A stretch of 32,000 nt of DNA from sequence record ON526972.1, one strand, 5' to 3'. Positions 1 to 9,698 of this stretch are shown in pieces. The first letter of the stretch is position 1, and every line of letters begins with the position of its first letter. Both the position numbers and the translations under genes were made by a program. This DNA is from Microbacterium phage Juanyo. Below the pieces are notes generated by a model. That model was not told the DNA's origin. It saw only the letters and a list, made by a program, of their open reading frames with translations, and made no database searches.

Positions 1-231
1 TCGACGTTCAAGGGCGTCTACGGGGTGGACCCGACTGCCGAGGATGAGGAGGGCAACCTGCTCTATCCCGACGCTGAGCCGCTGACCACGGACCCCCGTG
101 CCGTGTCCAGCCGGAGCGACGAAACGATCCTGCCTGGGGCCATGCTCCACGTCGTGGTCAACGCATTCATGACGTGGCAGAACTCGTCGGGTGAGATCTC
201 CATCCGCCCTACGAAATCGGGACGCGCCTAG
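1..231 (+). CDS. Tail assembly chaperone, upstream (gpG-like) product, C-terminal part (truncated by window start)
   Basis: Frame 1 is open from base 1 to TAG at 229-231, directly upstream of a frame-shifted ORF and the tape measure gene. This is the canonical G/GT position. Confidence 0.7.
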   Translation, partial: STFKGVYGVDPTAEDEEGNLLYPDAEPLTTDPRAVSSRSDETILPGAMLHVVVNAFMTWQNSSGEISIRPTKSGRA

Positions 232-620
232 CACTTCTGCTAGACCTGTCCCTGGAGTCGGGACGACCCCCGCTTCGCCTCCTTGACGAGGGAAGTCCCG
301 ACTCCTGGCAAGAGCTCGACCTCGAGGTCGTCTCGCAATGGCGTCGCATGAAGGAGGTCAAGTGTACAGGCTGCGGGCGACCGCTGGCCCAGCACTTGCA
401 CAACTCAAGACTCGGACGGGAAGAGCGGCCCGAGGACTACATGGCCTGGTCCATTGAATGTCCTGCTATGCAGGCCATCGCCATCGGTCAGGACATGTGG
501 AAGACGGCCAACAAGTCCGCGATTGAAGCCCACACCAAGGGCAACGGTCCGGACCCCGGCATGGGCGTCTACTGGCTGAGCCAGGGCGACGGCGAAGTTC
601 TTCCGGTTCCCGAAACCTAA
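195..620 (+). CDS. Tail assembly chaperone frameshift extension (gpT-like), probably expressed by -1 frameshift in the 195-231 overlap
   Basis: The -1 frame is open from 195 to the stop at 620 without needing its own start: ..PDSWQELDLEVVSQWRRMKEVKCTGCGRPLAQHLHNSRLG... It overlaps the end of the upstream ORF and precedes the tape measure. The ATG at 348 is the first one in frame. Confidence 0.6.
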   Translation, partial: DLHPPYEIGTRLALLLDLSLESGRPPLRLLDEGSPDSWQELDLEVVSQWRRMKEVKCTGCGRPLAQHLHNSRLGREERPEDYMAWSIECPAMQAIAIGQDMWKTANKSAIEAHTKGNGPDPGMGVYWLSQGDGEVLPVPET

Positions 621-649
621 CCACTCGACCAGCTAGGAAGGAGAACAGC

Positions 650-3070
650 ATGGCTGACAACGATGTGAAGATCAAGGTCTCCATGGACGGCGACAAGGTC
701 GTCATCCAGGGTCTGACCGGCATCGGTGACGCGGCTGAGAAGACCGATTCCAAGCTGGGCGGAATGATCAAGGGAGGGCTGGCCGGTGCAGGTAAGGCGC
801 TGGTCGGCTTCTCCACTGCTGCCGTAGCTGCTGGCGGCGCTCTTGCCGGGAGCGTCGTCAGCGCCTACGCTGATGCAGAGCAGGCAGTCGGCGGCATCGA
901 GACCCTGTTCGGGGACTCCGCCGACAAGATGAAGTCGTACGCCTCGCAGGCATACGCAACGGCAGGCCTCAGCGCTACCGAGTACATGGAGCAGGCGACA
1001 TCGATGTCGGCCTCGCTGATCCAGTCGGTGGGCGGCGACACGGCCAAGGCGGCTGAGCTGGCGAACACTGCCCTCGTCGCCATGAGTGACAACGCGAACA
1101 AGATGGGCACCGATCTGGGCATGATCCAGAACGCCTTCGGCGGGTTCGCGAAGCAGAACTTCACGATGCTTGACAACCTCAAGCTCGGATACGGTGGTAC
1201 TCAGGCCGAGATGGAGCGCCTGCTCAGCGACGCTGAGAAGCTGCCGGGGGCGCTTGGCCAGGACTTCGACATCAGCAACTATGGCGACGTCGTCACGGCG
1301 ATCCAGCTCATCCAGGAGGAGATGGGCATCGCGGGCACCACGGCAGCCGAGGCCAGCAGCACCATCTCCGGCTCCATCGGCATGCTCAAGGGCAGCTTCA
1401 GCAACCTGCTCGTCGCTATGGGTTCGGCCAACAACGAGTCGCTCGGCTTCCTCAGCGTGCAGGAGCAGGCCGCGAACGTGGTCTCCAGCCTGGAGACGGT
1501 GATCGGCAATGTGACGCCGGTCATCCAGTCCCTCGGTGACAGCATGGCCACCCTCGGCCCCCAGATCGGCAGCATGATGGAGTCCCTGGTGGGCGCTGTC
1601 AGCACGGCCATCCCGGCGGTCCTCGATGCTGGTGTGGCCATGATCGGCGGACTGGTGCAGGGCATCACGTCTGCGCTCCCCACGCTCATACCTGCTCTCA
1701 TCCCCGGCCTGGTCGGCCTGGTGCAGTCGCTCAGCGGCATGATCCCCCTTCTGGTGGACGCCGGTATGCAGGCTGTCATCGCGCTCGGTCAGGGTCTCGT
1801 GGAGGCCGCGCCCAGCCTGATCACCAGCGTCGCCGAGATGCTCACCGGCATCATCGACAGCATCATCGCCAACCTGCCGATGTTCCTCGAGGTCGCCGTC
1901 CAGCTTGTGATGGCCATCGCCGACGGACTCCTGCAGGCGATCCCGTTCATCATCGAGCAGCTTCCGTTCATGATCGAGCAGCTCGTGGCGTTCTTCACTG
2001 GTGCAGTCCCCATGCTGATCCAGGCAGGCATCCAGCTCTTCACCAGCCTGGTGACGGCCCTGCCCCAGATCATCACCCAGATCGTGGGCGTGCTGCCCCA
2101 GATGATCACCAGCATCATCGGTGCCATCGTCGGGGCTGTGCCCCTGCTGGTGGACGCGGGCATCCAGCTTCTGACGGCCCTGGTGACGGCACTGCCTACC
2201 ATCATCCAGACGGTCGTGGCTGCGCTGCCCCAGATCATCGACGCCGTGCTGACCGCTGTGTTCGACGCCATCCCGCTCCTCATCGACGCGGGTATCAAGC
2301 TCTTCATCGCGCTCATCGAGGCGCTGCCTACCATCATCAACACCATCATCGGTGCCATCCCCCAGATCATCGGCTCGGTGCTGAACGCACTGACCGGGGC
2401 CATCCCGAAGCTGATCATGGCTGGTGTCAAGCTGCTGACCAGCGTCATCACGAACCTGCCCCAGATCATCGGGACCATCGTGGCTGCCATCCCCCAGATC
2501 ATCGGGGGCATCGTGGGCGCGCTGGCCAACGGCATCGGCCAGATCGTGTCCGTCGGTGGCAACATCGTCCGCGGTCTCTGGGAAGGCATCTCCGGCGCGG
2601 CTGGCTGGCTCTTCAACAAGATCGGTGGATTCGTCAACGACGTGATGGGCAACATCGGTTCGTTCTTCGGTATCCACTCGCCGTCTACCCGCATGCGCGA
2701 CGAGATCGGTGCTTGGCTGCCCCCCGGCATCGGCGAGGGTGTCGAGGACAACGAGGACGCCGCGATCCGCCCCATCACCGACCTGAACAAGAAGGTCATG
2801 AAGGAGGCCCAGCAGCTTCCGTCCCTGGCCTACGACCAGCAGGTGACGCAGACGCTGACCCAGCAGGTCATCCCGACCATGATGCCCATGCAGGCCACGG
2901 CCACACCGGTCGGCCTGGGGGCAGCAGCGCCTCAGTCGGTGGTCATCTCCGGGCCTCTGGTCAGTGTGGCCGAGATGAACGTCCGAGACGACCAGGACAT
3001 CCGGGCGCTTTCCACCCAGCTCAAGACGGACATGACGCGCGAGCTGCGAGCACAGGGAGTGATGTCATGA
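650..3070 (+). CDS. Tape measure protein
   Basis: 806 aa with a Gly/Ala-rich N-terminus, then long hydrophobic Ile/Leu-rich imperfect repeats (IPLLIDAGIKLFIALIEALPTIINTIIGAIPQII...). SD GGAAGGAG lies upstream, and it sits between the chaperone and distal tail genes. Confidence 0.93.
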   Translation: MADNDVKIKVSMDGDKVVIQGLTGIGDAAEKTDSKLGGMIKGGLAGAGKALVGFSTAAVAAGGALAGSVVSAYADAEQAVGGIETLFGDSADKMKSYASQAYATAGLSATEYMEQATSMSASLIQSVGGDTAKAAELANTALVAMSDNANKMGTDLGMIQNAFGGFAKQNFTMLDNLKLGYGGTQAEMERLLSDAEKLPGALGQDFDISNYGDVVTAIQLIQEEMGIAGTTAAEASSTISGSIGMLKGSFSNLLVAMGSANNESLGFLSVQEQAANVVSSLETVIGNVTPVIQSLGDSMATLGPQIGSMMESLVGAVSTAIPAVLDAGVAMIGGLVQGITSALPTLIPALIPGLVGLVQSLSGMIPLLVDAGMQAVIALGQGLVEAAPSLITSVAEMLTGIIDSIIANLPMFLEVAVQLVMAIADGLLQAIPFIIEQLPFMIEQLVAFFTGAVPMLIQAGIQLFTSLVTALPQIITQIVGVLPQMITSIIGAIVGAVPLLVDAGIQLLTALVTALPTIIQTVVAALPQIIDAVLTAVFDAIPLLIDAGIKLFIALIEALPTIINTIIGAIPQIIGSVLNALTGAIPKLIMAGVKLLTSVITNLPQIIGTIVAAIPQIIGGIVGALANGIGQIVSVGGNIVRGLWEGISGAAGWLFNKIGGFVNDVMGNIGSFFGIHSPSTRMRDEIGAWLPPGIGEGVEDNEDAAIRPITDLNKKVMKEAQQLPSLAYDQQVTQTLTQQVIPTMMPMQATATPVGLGAAAPQSVVISGPLVSVAEMNVRDDQDIRALSTQLKTDMTRELRAQGVMS

Positions 3071-3840
3071 GCTTCAAGCTGGGCACGTTCGACACGGACA
3101 GCATCGACGGCTTCAAGGCGATCCTGGAGGCTTGGCCGGTGCTGCCGGTCGAGCTGCAGATGGATGAGCTGCCCGCTGGAGACGGGGCGCTGTACTATCG
3201 GACCCGCATGACGGAGACGGAGTGGGAGTTCAACCTGGAGCTGACTGGCACGGACATCGCTGACGTGTTCGCCAAGGCGGACGCCATCAGCCGTGCCCTG
3301 AACCCCAAGCTGCACGGCGCACAGGACTTCACCCCGAACGCGCTGGACGGCTGGACCTGGCAGGGCGTCCTCAGTGGCGTGGTGGAGTGGGAGCGGGACA
3401 AGGTCATTTGGTTCAGCGACCAGGGAGTCTGCCGTATGGCAGGCCGCGCCACCATTACCACCCCCAACCCCTACGGGTACTCCCTGGGGTCCGCAGAACA
3501 GACGGCAGCCCCCGGCACGCTGCACCTGGTGGGCACCGGGACGACCAGCTTCCACCCCATCATCGAGTTCCGAGGCGTGCTCAACACTGTGCAGGCGTTC
3601 GTCGCGGGGCCGGTGCAGGTCAAGGGTCCACTCACGGCATCCCAGACCCTCGTCCTGGACTTCAACGCGATGGACTTCTACATCAAGACGACGGCCACGG
3701 GAGCCAAGGTGCGCAACGTGGCTGACCGCTTCGACAGCTTCACCAAGCTGGAGGGCATCGACACCCTCGACGTCCCCGTCAGCGTCACCGCTGGCACGTT
3801 CACCCAGGCCGTAGGCCGTGTCCCTTCCCGGAGGATCTGA
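3067..3840 (+). CDS. Distal tail protein / minor tail protein (Dit-like)
   Basis: ATG at 3067 overlaps the tape measure stop (ATGA). MSFKLGTFDTDSIDGFKAILEAWPVLPVELQ..., 257 aa, in the expected position after the tape measure. Confidence 0.7.
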   Translation: MSFKLGTFDTDSIDGFKAILEAWPVLPVELQMDELPAGDGALYYRTRMTETEWEFNLELTGTDIADVFAKADAISRALNPKLHGAQDFTPNALDGWTWQGVLSGVVEWERDKVIWFSDQGVCRMAGRATITTPNPYGYSLGSAEQTAAPGTLHLVGTGTTSFHPIIEFRGVLNTVQAFVAGPVQVKGPLTASQTLVLDFNAMDFYIKTTATGAKVRNVADRFDSFTKLEGIDTLDVPVSVTAGTFTQAVGRVPSRRI

Positions 3841-6266
3841 TGGCCGAGTACAGCCGCGCTACCAGCCGAGGTGACTGGACCGGCGAGTGGGACCCGGACG
3901 CCGTCACTCAGCTCCTGCTTCGCATGGACAGCTTCGTCGGCAGCGAGAACAACCGACCCACGCCCGACTCGTCCGGCAAGGACCGCACGGCCATCGCTAT
4001 CAACTACGGTGGCGGCACCAGTGCCATCGCGGTCGCCTCCCGCTGGGGTACGGCGCTGCGCATGAACGAGACCAGCGTCGCAGAGAAGACCTCCATCCGT
4101 GTGGCCAACGACGGCACCCTGTTCCCGTCCTCGGGCAGCGTCATGGTCGGCACCTGGTACAAGGGCAAGCTCGACCGACAGTGGAACCCGGTGCTGACGA
4201 CCCGTGGTGGGGCCGAGACGCCCCTGTTCCACCTGGCCATCAACACGTCGGCCAGCGGGCCTCAGCTCAACTACCGATTCTACAGCGCTACCGGCACCCA
4301 GCTCATCAACGAATGGATGAGCACCGTCCTGGTCCCCGACGAGTGGTACTGGATCGGCGCTGTCATGGACCTGACGCTGGGCACCTGGTCGGTCTACACC
4401 GTCAGCCTCAGCACTGGAGCAGTGGAGTCCAAGTCGGGCACGGCTGCCAACATGAATGCCGCCTGCACGGCCAACCTCGAGATCGGCTACGGCCCGGACC
4501 CGGAGTACAGCCGTGCGACCGTCGACGAGACCGTGGTGGTCGCCCCGTTCGTGGGCAACGCCGGTCAGTGGGCGCTGCGTAACCGGCTCGCCAACGGCGC
4601 GCTAGAGGCTACCCAGGCGGACACCACGACTGTCTCCGGCCGCATCTCCCCCCGGTCGACGGCGACCCTGCCCGTGGTGGCCCAGACCCGTGCCCTGCCG
4701 GGACAGTGGGGCACTGACACGCCCATGATCACCATCAACGGTCAGGGCGCGACGGTGCGATACCGTACCAGCAACAACCTGATTGACTGGGGCGCGTGGA
4801 AGAACGCCTCCCAGGTCGGAACCGAGCCGAACGCTGCCTGGATCCAGTACGAGGTCACCCTGACGGCGACCGACAGCTACGTGGACGACATCCTGCTCAG
4901 CACGGCTCCCCCGGTCACCCCTCCCCTGCCCTCGAGCCTTCCCGTCCAGCCGTTCTCCCTGGACCCCCTGCTCGCGGTCCCAAGCGGGGGAGGGGTGTTC
5001 CTTCAGGATACGCTGCTGCGCTGCAAGACGCTCGACACGGACAGTAACGAATCCACCCTCACGTTCGCGCTCAGCCTGGCTGACCCCAAGGCCACACAGA
5101 TCGAGGCTGAGATGCCCGTGGTCTTCAAGGGGCGTCACTATGTGGCCCGAGGCATCACGACGACCAAGTCGCGCCGGACGAACGAGGTTGAGGTATACTG
5201 CGAGCGCCTCTGGTATGACCTGCTGTACGCGGGCCAGGTGGAAGCCCAGACCTGGACCACCACGGCGTTCGGGGCGATGACCTCGCTGCTGGCTGACACG
5301 GGCTGGTACGTGGGTCAGGTCGACCCGACTGCAGTCCTCGGCTGGGAGAACGACAGTGGCACCGTGCTCGGTGTGCTGAAGCAGGTCGCCAAGGTGTACG
5401 GCGGAGACCTGGTCTTCGACGACAAGAACAAGTTCGTTCACCTGCTCGACCAGGGTGGCCGGGACCGGGGCACGTACTTCAGCTACGAGAAGGGCATCAC
5501 GACTGCCCAGAAGCGCGAGGACACGACCAATCTGGTGACCCGCATCTACGGCCGGAACGCCGATGGCCTGACCATCGCCCCGGCGAACAATGGCGTGCCC
5601 TACGTGGAGGACTTCACCTGGACCACCGAGGTCCGGGAGTCGACCTACGACTTCAAGTCCGGCATGACTCCCCAGGCCATGCTCCGGTTCCTGAACGCCT
5701 TCATCGTGGACCGTGCCAAGCCGACCATCAGCTACGAGTACGAGGTCGCTGGTCTGGTGGACCGCGTGGACGAGGTCGACCGGTTCGAGGTCCTGGACAT
5801 CGTGTTCGTGATGGACGAGGACTACGCCCAGTCGGTCAAGAGCCGCGTGGTGCAGCTGAACATCGACTGGGTGGATCTCCGCAAGAGCAAGATCACCCTC
5901 GCGAACAAGCTGCGCTCGCTGGCCAGCAGCGACGACAGCACCGACCCTGGCGCGCTTACCACGGGCCAGAACATCGACACTCGCGACATCAACCCGTTCA
6001 ACCTGCTGATCAACAGCCGGGGTGACAACGGAATGGCGCACTGGGCAGGCTCGGGCGTGCAGGTTGTGGAGGGCGGAGCGACTGGCCGGTACAGCTTCGC
6101 GTTCGGTGCTGCTGGAGGCACCCTGGAGCAGACCGTCGCCAGCGACAACCGTGAGAACTTCATCTTCAGCGCCCAGGTGGACGCGGACTCCGACTCGTCG
6201 GTCAAGGTGGAGGTGACCTTCCAGTACACGGACGGCACTACCGAGACCCAGATCCTGGAGCTGTGA
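3840..6266 (+). CDS. Minor tail protein (tail-associated Gp37-like / tail lysin position)
   Basis: 808 aa ORF starting at ATG 3840 that overlaps the previous TGA. N-terminal LamG-like beta-rich region, then a conserved-looking tail-type C-terminal half (..TLTFALSLADPKATQIEAEMPVVFKGRHYVARGI..). Confidence 0.7.
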   Translation: MAEYSRATSRGDWTGEWDPDAVTQLLLRMDSFVGSENNRPTPDSSGKDRTAIAINYGGGTSAIAVASRWGTALRMNETSVAEKTSIRVANDGTLFPSSGSVMVGTWYKGKLDRQWNPVLTTRGGAETPLFHLAINTSASGPQLNYRFYSATGTQLINEWMSTVLVPDEWYWIGAVMDLTLGTWSVYTVSLSTGAVESKSGTAANMNAACTANLEIGYGPDPEYSRATVDETVVVAPFVGNAGQWALRNRLANGALEATQADTTTVSGRISPRSTATLPVVAQTRALPGQWGTDTPMITINGQGATVRYRTSNNLIDWGAWKNASQVGTEPNAAWIQYEVTLTATDSYVDDILLSTAPPVTPPLPSSLPVQPFSLDPLLAVPSGGGVFLQDTLLRCKTLDTDSNESTLTFALSLADPKATQIEAEMPVVFKGRHYVARGITTTKSRRTNEVEVYCERLWYDLLYAGQVEAQTWTTTAFGAMTSLLADTGWYVGQVDPTAVLGWENDSGTVLGVLKQVAKVYGGDLVFDDKNKFVHLLDQGGRDRGTYFSYEKGITTAQKREDTTNLVTRIYGRNADGLTIAPANNGVPYVEDFTWTTEVRESTYDFKSGMTPQAMLRFLNAFIVDRAKPTISYEYEVAGLVDRVDEVDRFEVLDIVFVMDEDYAQSVKSRVVQLNIDWVDLRKSKITLANKLRSLASSDDSTDPGALTTGQNIDTRDINPFNLLINSRGDNGMAHWAGSGVQVVEGGATGRYSFAFGAAGGTLEQTVASDNRENFIFSAQVDADSDSSVKVEVTFQYTDGTTETQILEL

Positions 6267-6267
6267 C

Positions 6268-6456
6268 ATGGTAATGCGACGCGCCTCGGTGCGCAACCCC
6301 AACAGCTTCAAGCAGACCCTGAGCATCAAGGTGTCGGTCCAGACCACCGACCCCAATGTCAAGGTCACCGACCTCATCCTGCAGGCGGGCACCGTGGGCA
6401 CCGGCTGGGTTCCCAACGTGACCGAGATGCCGTGGACTGCGGGGGTGACTAGCTGA
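6268..6456 (+). CDS. Small hypothetical structural-module protein
   Basis: 62 aa ORF filling the gap between tail genes; MVMRRASVRNPNSFKQTLSIKVSVQ... Confidence 0.55.
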   Translation: MVMRRASVRNPNSFKQTLSIKVSVQTTDPNVKVTDLILQAGTVGTGWVPNVTEMPWTAGVTS

Positions 6457-7052
6457 TGGCCTTCATCCGGACGTTCGGCCTCCTCACGCCCAAGAAGGAC
6501 GTGCAAGGTGTGGCCGTGAAGATCACTGCCGAGGACGAGGCTAAGGTCACCGACATCCAGCTCAACCCCGGCAGCAGCCTCTTCTCCTGGTCGCCTATGG
6601 TGGGAGACCTGGCCCTGGTGGCTGCCCCGACCTGGCGCTACGTCAACGGCATGGTGCAGGCCGACTACGCTACCTGGGTGATGTCTGACGAGGATGTCGC
6701 CAGCCCGTACCGTGGGGACCTGTACCCCGTCGGTCCGCAGACGGTGGACTGGGGGCTGCTGCACATGGGCGAGATCTCCAGCCACCAGGTCTTCGACGGC
6801 CACGACTACGTCACCACGGCCGGAGCAGGGGTTACGCCACACCTGACCGCGCGCCAGGACCAGCGCCTGGACCTGGTGACCGATGGTATCATGTCGGCCA
6901 TCGTTGCCCTGAAGGGTATCCACACTGACCCCGGCAGCAACGCCCGCTCCGACACGGGCACTGTCACCGCATCCCACGCCGAAGGCTGGTCCGCCGTCTG
7001 GGCCTGGCATGAGGACTGGGCCGATGTCGTCGCAGAACATGGAGGATGGTAA
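6456..7052 (+). CDS. Hypothetical minor structural protein
   Basis: 198 aa ORF tightly coupled to its neighbours within the tail operon. Confidence 0.65.
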   Translation: MAFIRTFGLLTPKKDVQGVAVKITAEDEAKVTDIQLNPGSSLFSWSPMVGDLALVAAPTWRYVNGMVQADYATWVMSDEDVASPYRGDLYPVGPQTVDWGLLHMGEISSHQVFDGHDYVTTAGAGVTPHLTARQDQRLDLVTDGIMSAIVALKGIHTDPGSNARSDTGTVTASHAEGWSAVWAWHEDWADVVAEHGGW

Positions 7053-7531
7053 TGCCCCTGCAGACACCCCCGACCCCGTCCTATGGGCCGGACACCTTCA
7101 CCGATCTGGCTCAGCTGGCTCAGGTGCTGCTCGAGAACGATCAGTATCTGGAAGACAAGATCGACAACATCGCGCCTCCCGCGCCTTCGGTCACCAAGGC
7201 AGCTATCGCCTTGGCATCAGGATACAGCAACAACGCCTCCTACGTGGCGTCCGAGGCCATCAAGATCGGCAACCTGGTCACCATCGACCTGGGGCTGATC
7301 AACTGTCCTTCCAGCATCAGCGGGAACAGCTACTTCACCCTCGGCACCATGCCGGTCGGCTACCGGCCCGCGGGGAAGCACCGAATGGGCGTGGGCATGA
7401 TCTACGCCTCCACCGTGATGAAGCCCGTGCAGCTTCGCCTCAACACTGATGGCAGCATCAACTACCTGTCCGCCGAGACCGTCTCCGGGGCGAGCTACAT
7501 CTTCGCCTCCGCTATCACGTTTGCGATCTGA
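7046..7531 (+). CDS. Hypothetical minor structural / tail fibre-like protein
   Basis: 161 aa ORF overlapping the previous gene end; N-terminal Pro-rich/coil then a beta-rich C-terminus. Confidence 0.6.
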   Translation: MVMPLQTPPTPSYGPDTFTDLAQLAQVLLENDQYLEDKIDNIAPPAPSVTKAAIALASGYSNNASYVASEAIKIGNLVTIDLGLINCPSSISGNSYFTLGTMPVGYRPAGKHRMGVGMIYASTVMKPVQLRLNTDGSINYLSAETVSGASYIFASAITFAI

Positions 7532-7533
7532 TC

Positions 7534-9675
7534 ATGGGTAACCGAGTAGCCCTCTGGCACGCCAACCAGACCGTCCGCACCGAGGGCGTCCTGGACAAGT
7601 ACGGCGACAACATTGATGACGTGTTCCTGGTGGCATACGAGCTGCGCACCACGGGACTCGTCAACCTGAACATCCAGAACACGGTCGAGGCAGCGCGGGC
7701 CAAGTGGCCCTCCATCCGCTGGTGGCTGACCATCCAGTGCTTCAGCTCTGCAGCGTGGAAGGCCATCGGCACTCCGGGCGACCCGCTTCGTGTGGCCGTG
7801 CTGGCTCAGATGGAGGAGATCTACGCGACGTACCCCTGGATCTACGGCATCGACATGGACGCTGAGGGCTTCGGCAACAACATGACCAGCGCTGAGGCGA
7901 TGGCTGGCTACCGTGCCCTCGGTGACCACGCACGTTCGTTCGGCAAGAAGCTCAGCGCCGCGCTGCCCGCTGCCACCCAGGGCAACTTCAGCATCGGTGG
8001 GGAGAACTGGCTGGACTACGCTCAGTTCGGCGCGTATCTGGACCAGGTCGCCATCATGACCTACGACTTCGCCTGGTCGGGCAGCGCCCCCGGCCCCATC
8101 GCCCCGCGCTTCTGGGTGCAGCAGGTCTATGACTGGACCGTGTCTGTGATCCCCCCTGAGAAGGTGCTTATGGGCGTCCCGGCCTACGGGCAGAACTGGT
8201 CCATCCACGTCCCCACAGAGGAGCTCCCGGGCTACCCCGGCTGGCCCTACCGGGGCAACTCCGGCGCGTACTACTGGTTCTGGTTCATGGCGACTGGGGT
8301 GTGGGGTGCCATGTCGGGTGACGACAAGGAAGACCCCAGCCAGTGGAAGCAGACGCATGCAAGCTGGTTCACCTACCGTGACATCGAGACCAACAGCCCG
8401 TTCACCCTGATCGGATGCTACTGGTGGGCCACGGCGAACCACGTGACCAGCAGCAGCGGCATGGAGAAGAACAGCCTGAACGGCAAGCCGTACTTCACTC
8501 GCTACGGCAAGGCAGCAGCCGACCCCGTGGGCGGCATGGCTGACCAGCGCCCGACAACCCAGTACATGGAGCACAGCATTCGCCCCATCCAGGTGATCGA
8601 CAGCGCCGGTCGGTGGTACAATCAGGACGTTCACAACCTGACCCTCGAGGTCCTGCAGCGCGACCCCCAGTCGGCCACCATCATGGACGACGACTGCGCC
8701 AGCACGGGCACCCTGGACATCTACTACAGCAAGTCCGGGGCAGCGTGGACGCACTGGCGTTCTCAGGACCCCATCCTCAACCCGCGCGCCTACGGTCAGT
8801 TCCGTGTGGCCGGTCCTGGACGGCTCAGCCTGCAGAACACCAACAGCGGAGGCGAATTCCACATCCAGGGCCGCTTCCAGCTTCCTGCTGCTGGCCGTTC
8901 GGGCGTGTTCCACGGTAGCTACGAGGCCACCGTCGATCAGAACGGCCTCCTCGTCCTCAGCCGGAACGGGACCACCCTGGCCACACAGAACGTCTCCGCA
9001 CCGGGCACCAGCACCACGCCAGGGTCCGCTCGAGCGGTCGTGGGGCTGCGTGTGCGGGGCAACCACGCGCGGGTCTACTACAGCCGCACGGAGAACAGCG
9101 TGCCCCTGGTGCTGGAGTACACAGACGGCAGCTACACCCCCGGCCCTCAGGGCATGATCAGCACCAGCGGGGCAGCGTGGTTCGATCACGTCCGCTGGGG
9201 AGACGCCTGGTGGTACAACCCTCGGGAGGCCGTGACGGTGCAGGTCGGCGGGTTCTCGTTCCCCAACGTGGGCCGCATCCCTCGCACGAACGTCACCTGG
9301 GATGCCTTCAACCGGTTCCGGGTGAACACCGATGTCGAGGAGCGCACCACGCGCACCAAGGGCATCTCTCAGGACTGGGAGTTCATCCACCTGAAGGGGC
9401 TGGGCATCCCGGCTGGCCAGACCAAGGCCGTCCGCATCATACCACTCGACATCGACTGCTGGATCAGCACTGCGTATCTGTGTGACCCCAGGGGCACGGC
9501 CCTCGCACACTACTCGGACGCTGAGTACATGCAGCACTGCCGAGACATCGCCGCTTCTGAGTGGGGGCTGGACGGTATCGCCGTCTGGCGACTCGGTCAG
9601 GAGGACGTGCGCTTCTGGGAGCGCATCAAGGGTGGCAGGCTCAACCCAGACGATCGTATCCCGATCCTGGCCTGA
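7534..9675 (+). CDS. Minor tail protein with N-terminal GH18-like glycoside hydrolase domain
   Basis: 713 aa. YPWIYGIDMDAEGFG matches the GH18 DxxDxDxE-type catalytic strand. Further GH18-like features are DQVAIMTYDFAW, KVLMGVPAYGQNW and GCYWWA. The C-terminus is beta-rich. Confidence 0.72.
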   Translation: MGNRVALWHANQTVRTEGVLDKYGDNIDDVFLVAYELRTTGLVNLNIQNTVEAARAKWPSIRWWLTIQCFSSAAWKAIGTPGDPLRVAVLAQMEEIYATYPWIYGIDMDAEGFGNNMTSAEAMAGYRALGDHARSFGKKLSAALPAATQGNFSIGGENWLDYAQFGAYLDQVAIMTYDFAWSGSAPGPIAPRFWVQQVYDWTVSVIPPEKVLMGVPAYGQNWSIHVPTEELPGYPGWPYRGNSGAYYWFWFMATGVWGAMSGDDKEDPSQWKQTHASWFTYRDIETNSPFTLIGCYWWATANHVTSSSGMEKNSLNGKPYFTRYGKAAADPVGGMADQRPTTQYMEHSIRPIQVIDSAGRWYNQDVHNLTLEVLQRDPQSATIMDDDCASTGTLDIYYSKSGAAWTHWRSQDPILNPRAYGQFRVAGPGRLSLQNTNSGGEFHIQGRFQLPAAGRSGVFHGSYEATVDQNGLLVLSRNGTTLATQNVSAPGTSTTPGSARAVVGLRVRGNHARVYYSRTENSVPLVLEYTDGSYTPGPQGMISTSGAAWFDHVRWGDAWWYNPREAVTVQVGGFSFPNVGRIPRTNVTWDAFNRFRVNTDVEERTTRTKGISQDWEFIHLKGLGIPAGQTKAVRIIPLDIDCWISTAYLCDPRGTALAHYSDAEYMQHCRDIAASEWGLDGIAVWRLGQEDVRFWERIKGGRLNPDDRIPILA

Positions 9676-9698
9676 CACAACAAGTAAGGAGAATGATA

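Noticed and set aside
617-2677. 686-aa + strand ORF overlapping the tape measure gene
   Set aside because: Composition is a run of DDG/VDE/QH repeats, an out-of-frame reading of tape-measure repeats in high-GC DNA. The 806-aa frame has the SD, correct position and tape-measure character.
4602-7067. 821-aa minus-strand or antisense ORF across the minor tail genes
   Set aside because: Shadow ORF antisense to well-supported tail genes. High GC creates long open antisense frames; the low-complexity V/G/H/D/R composition looks non-biological.
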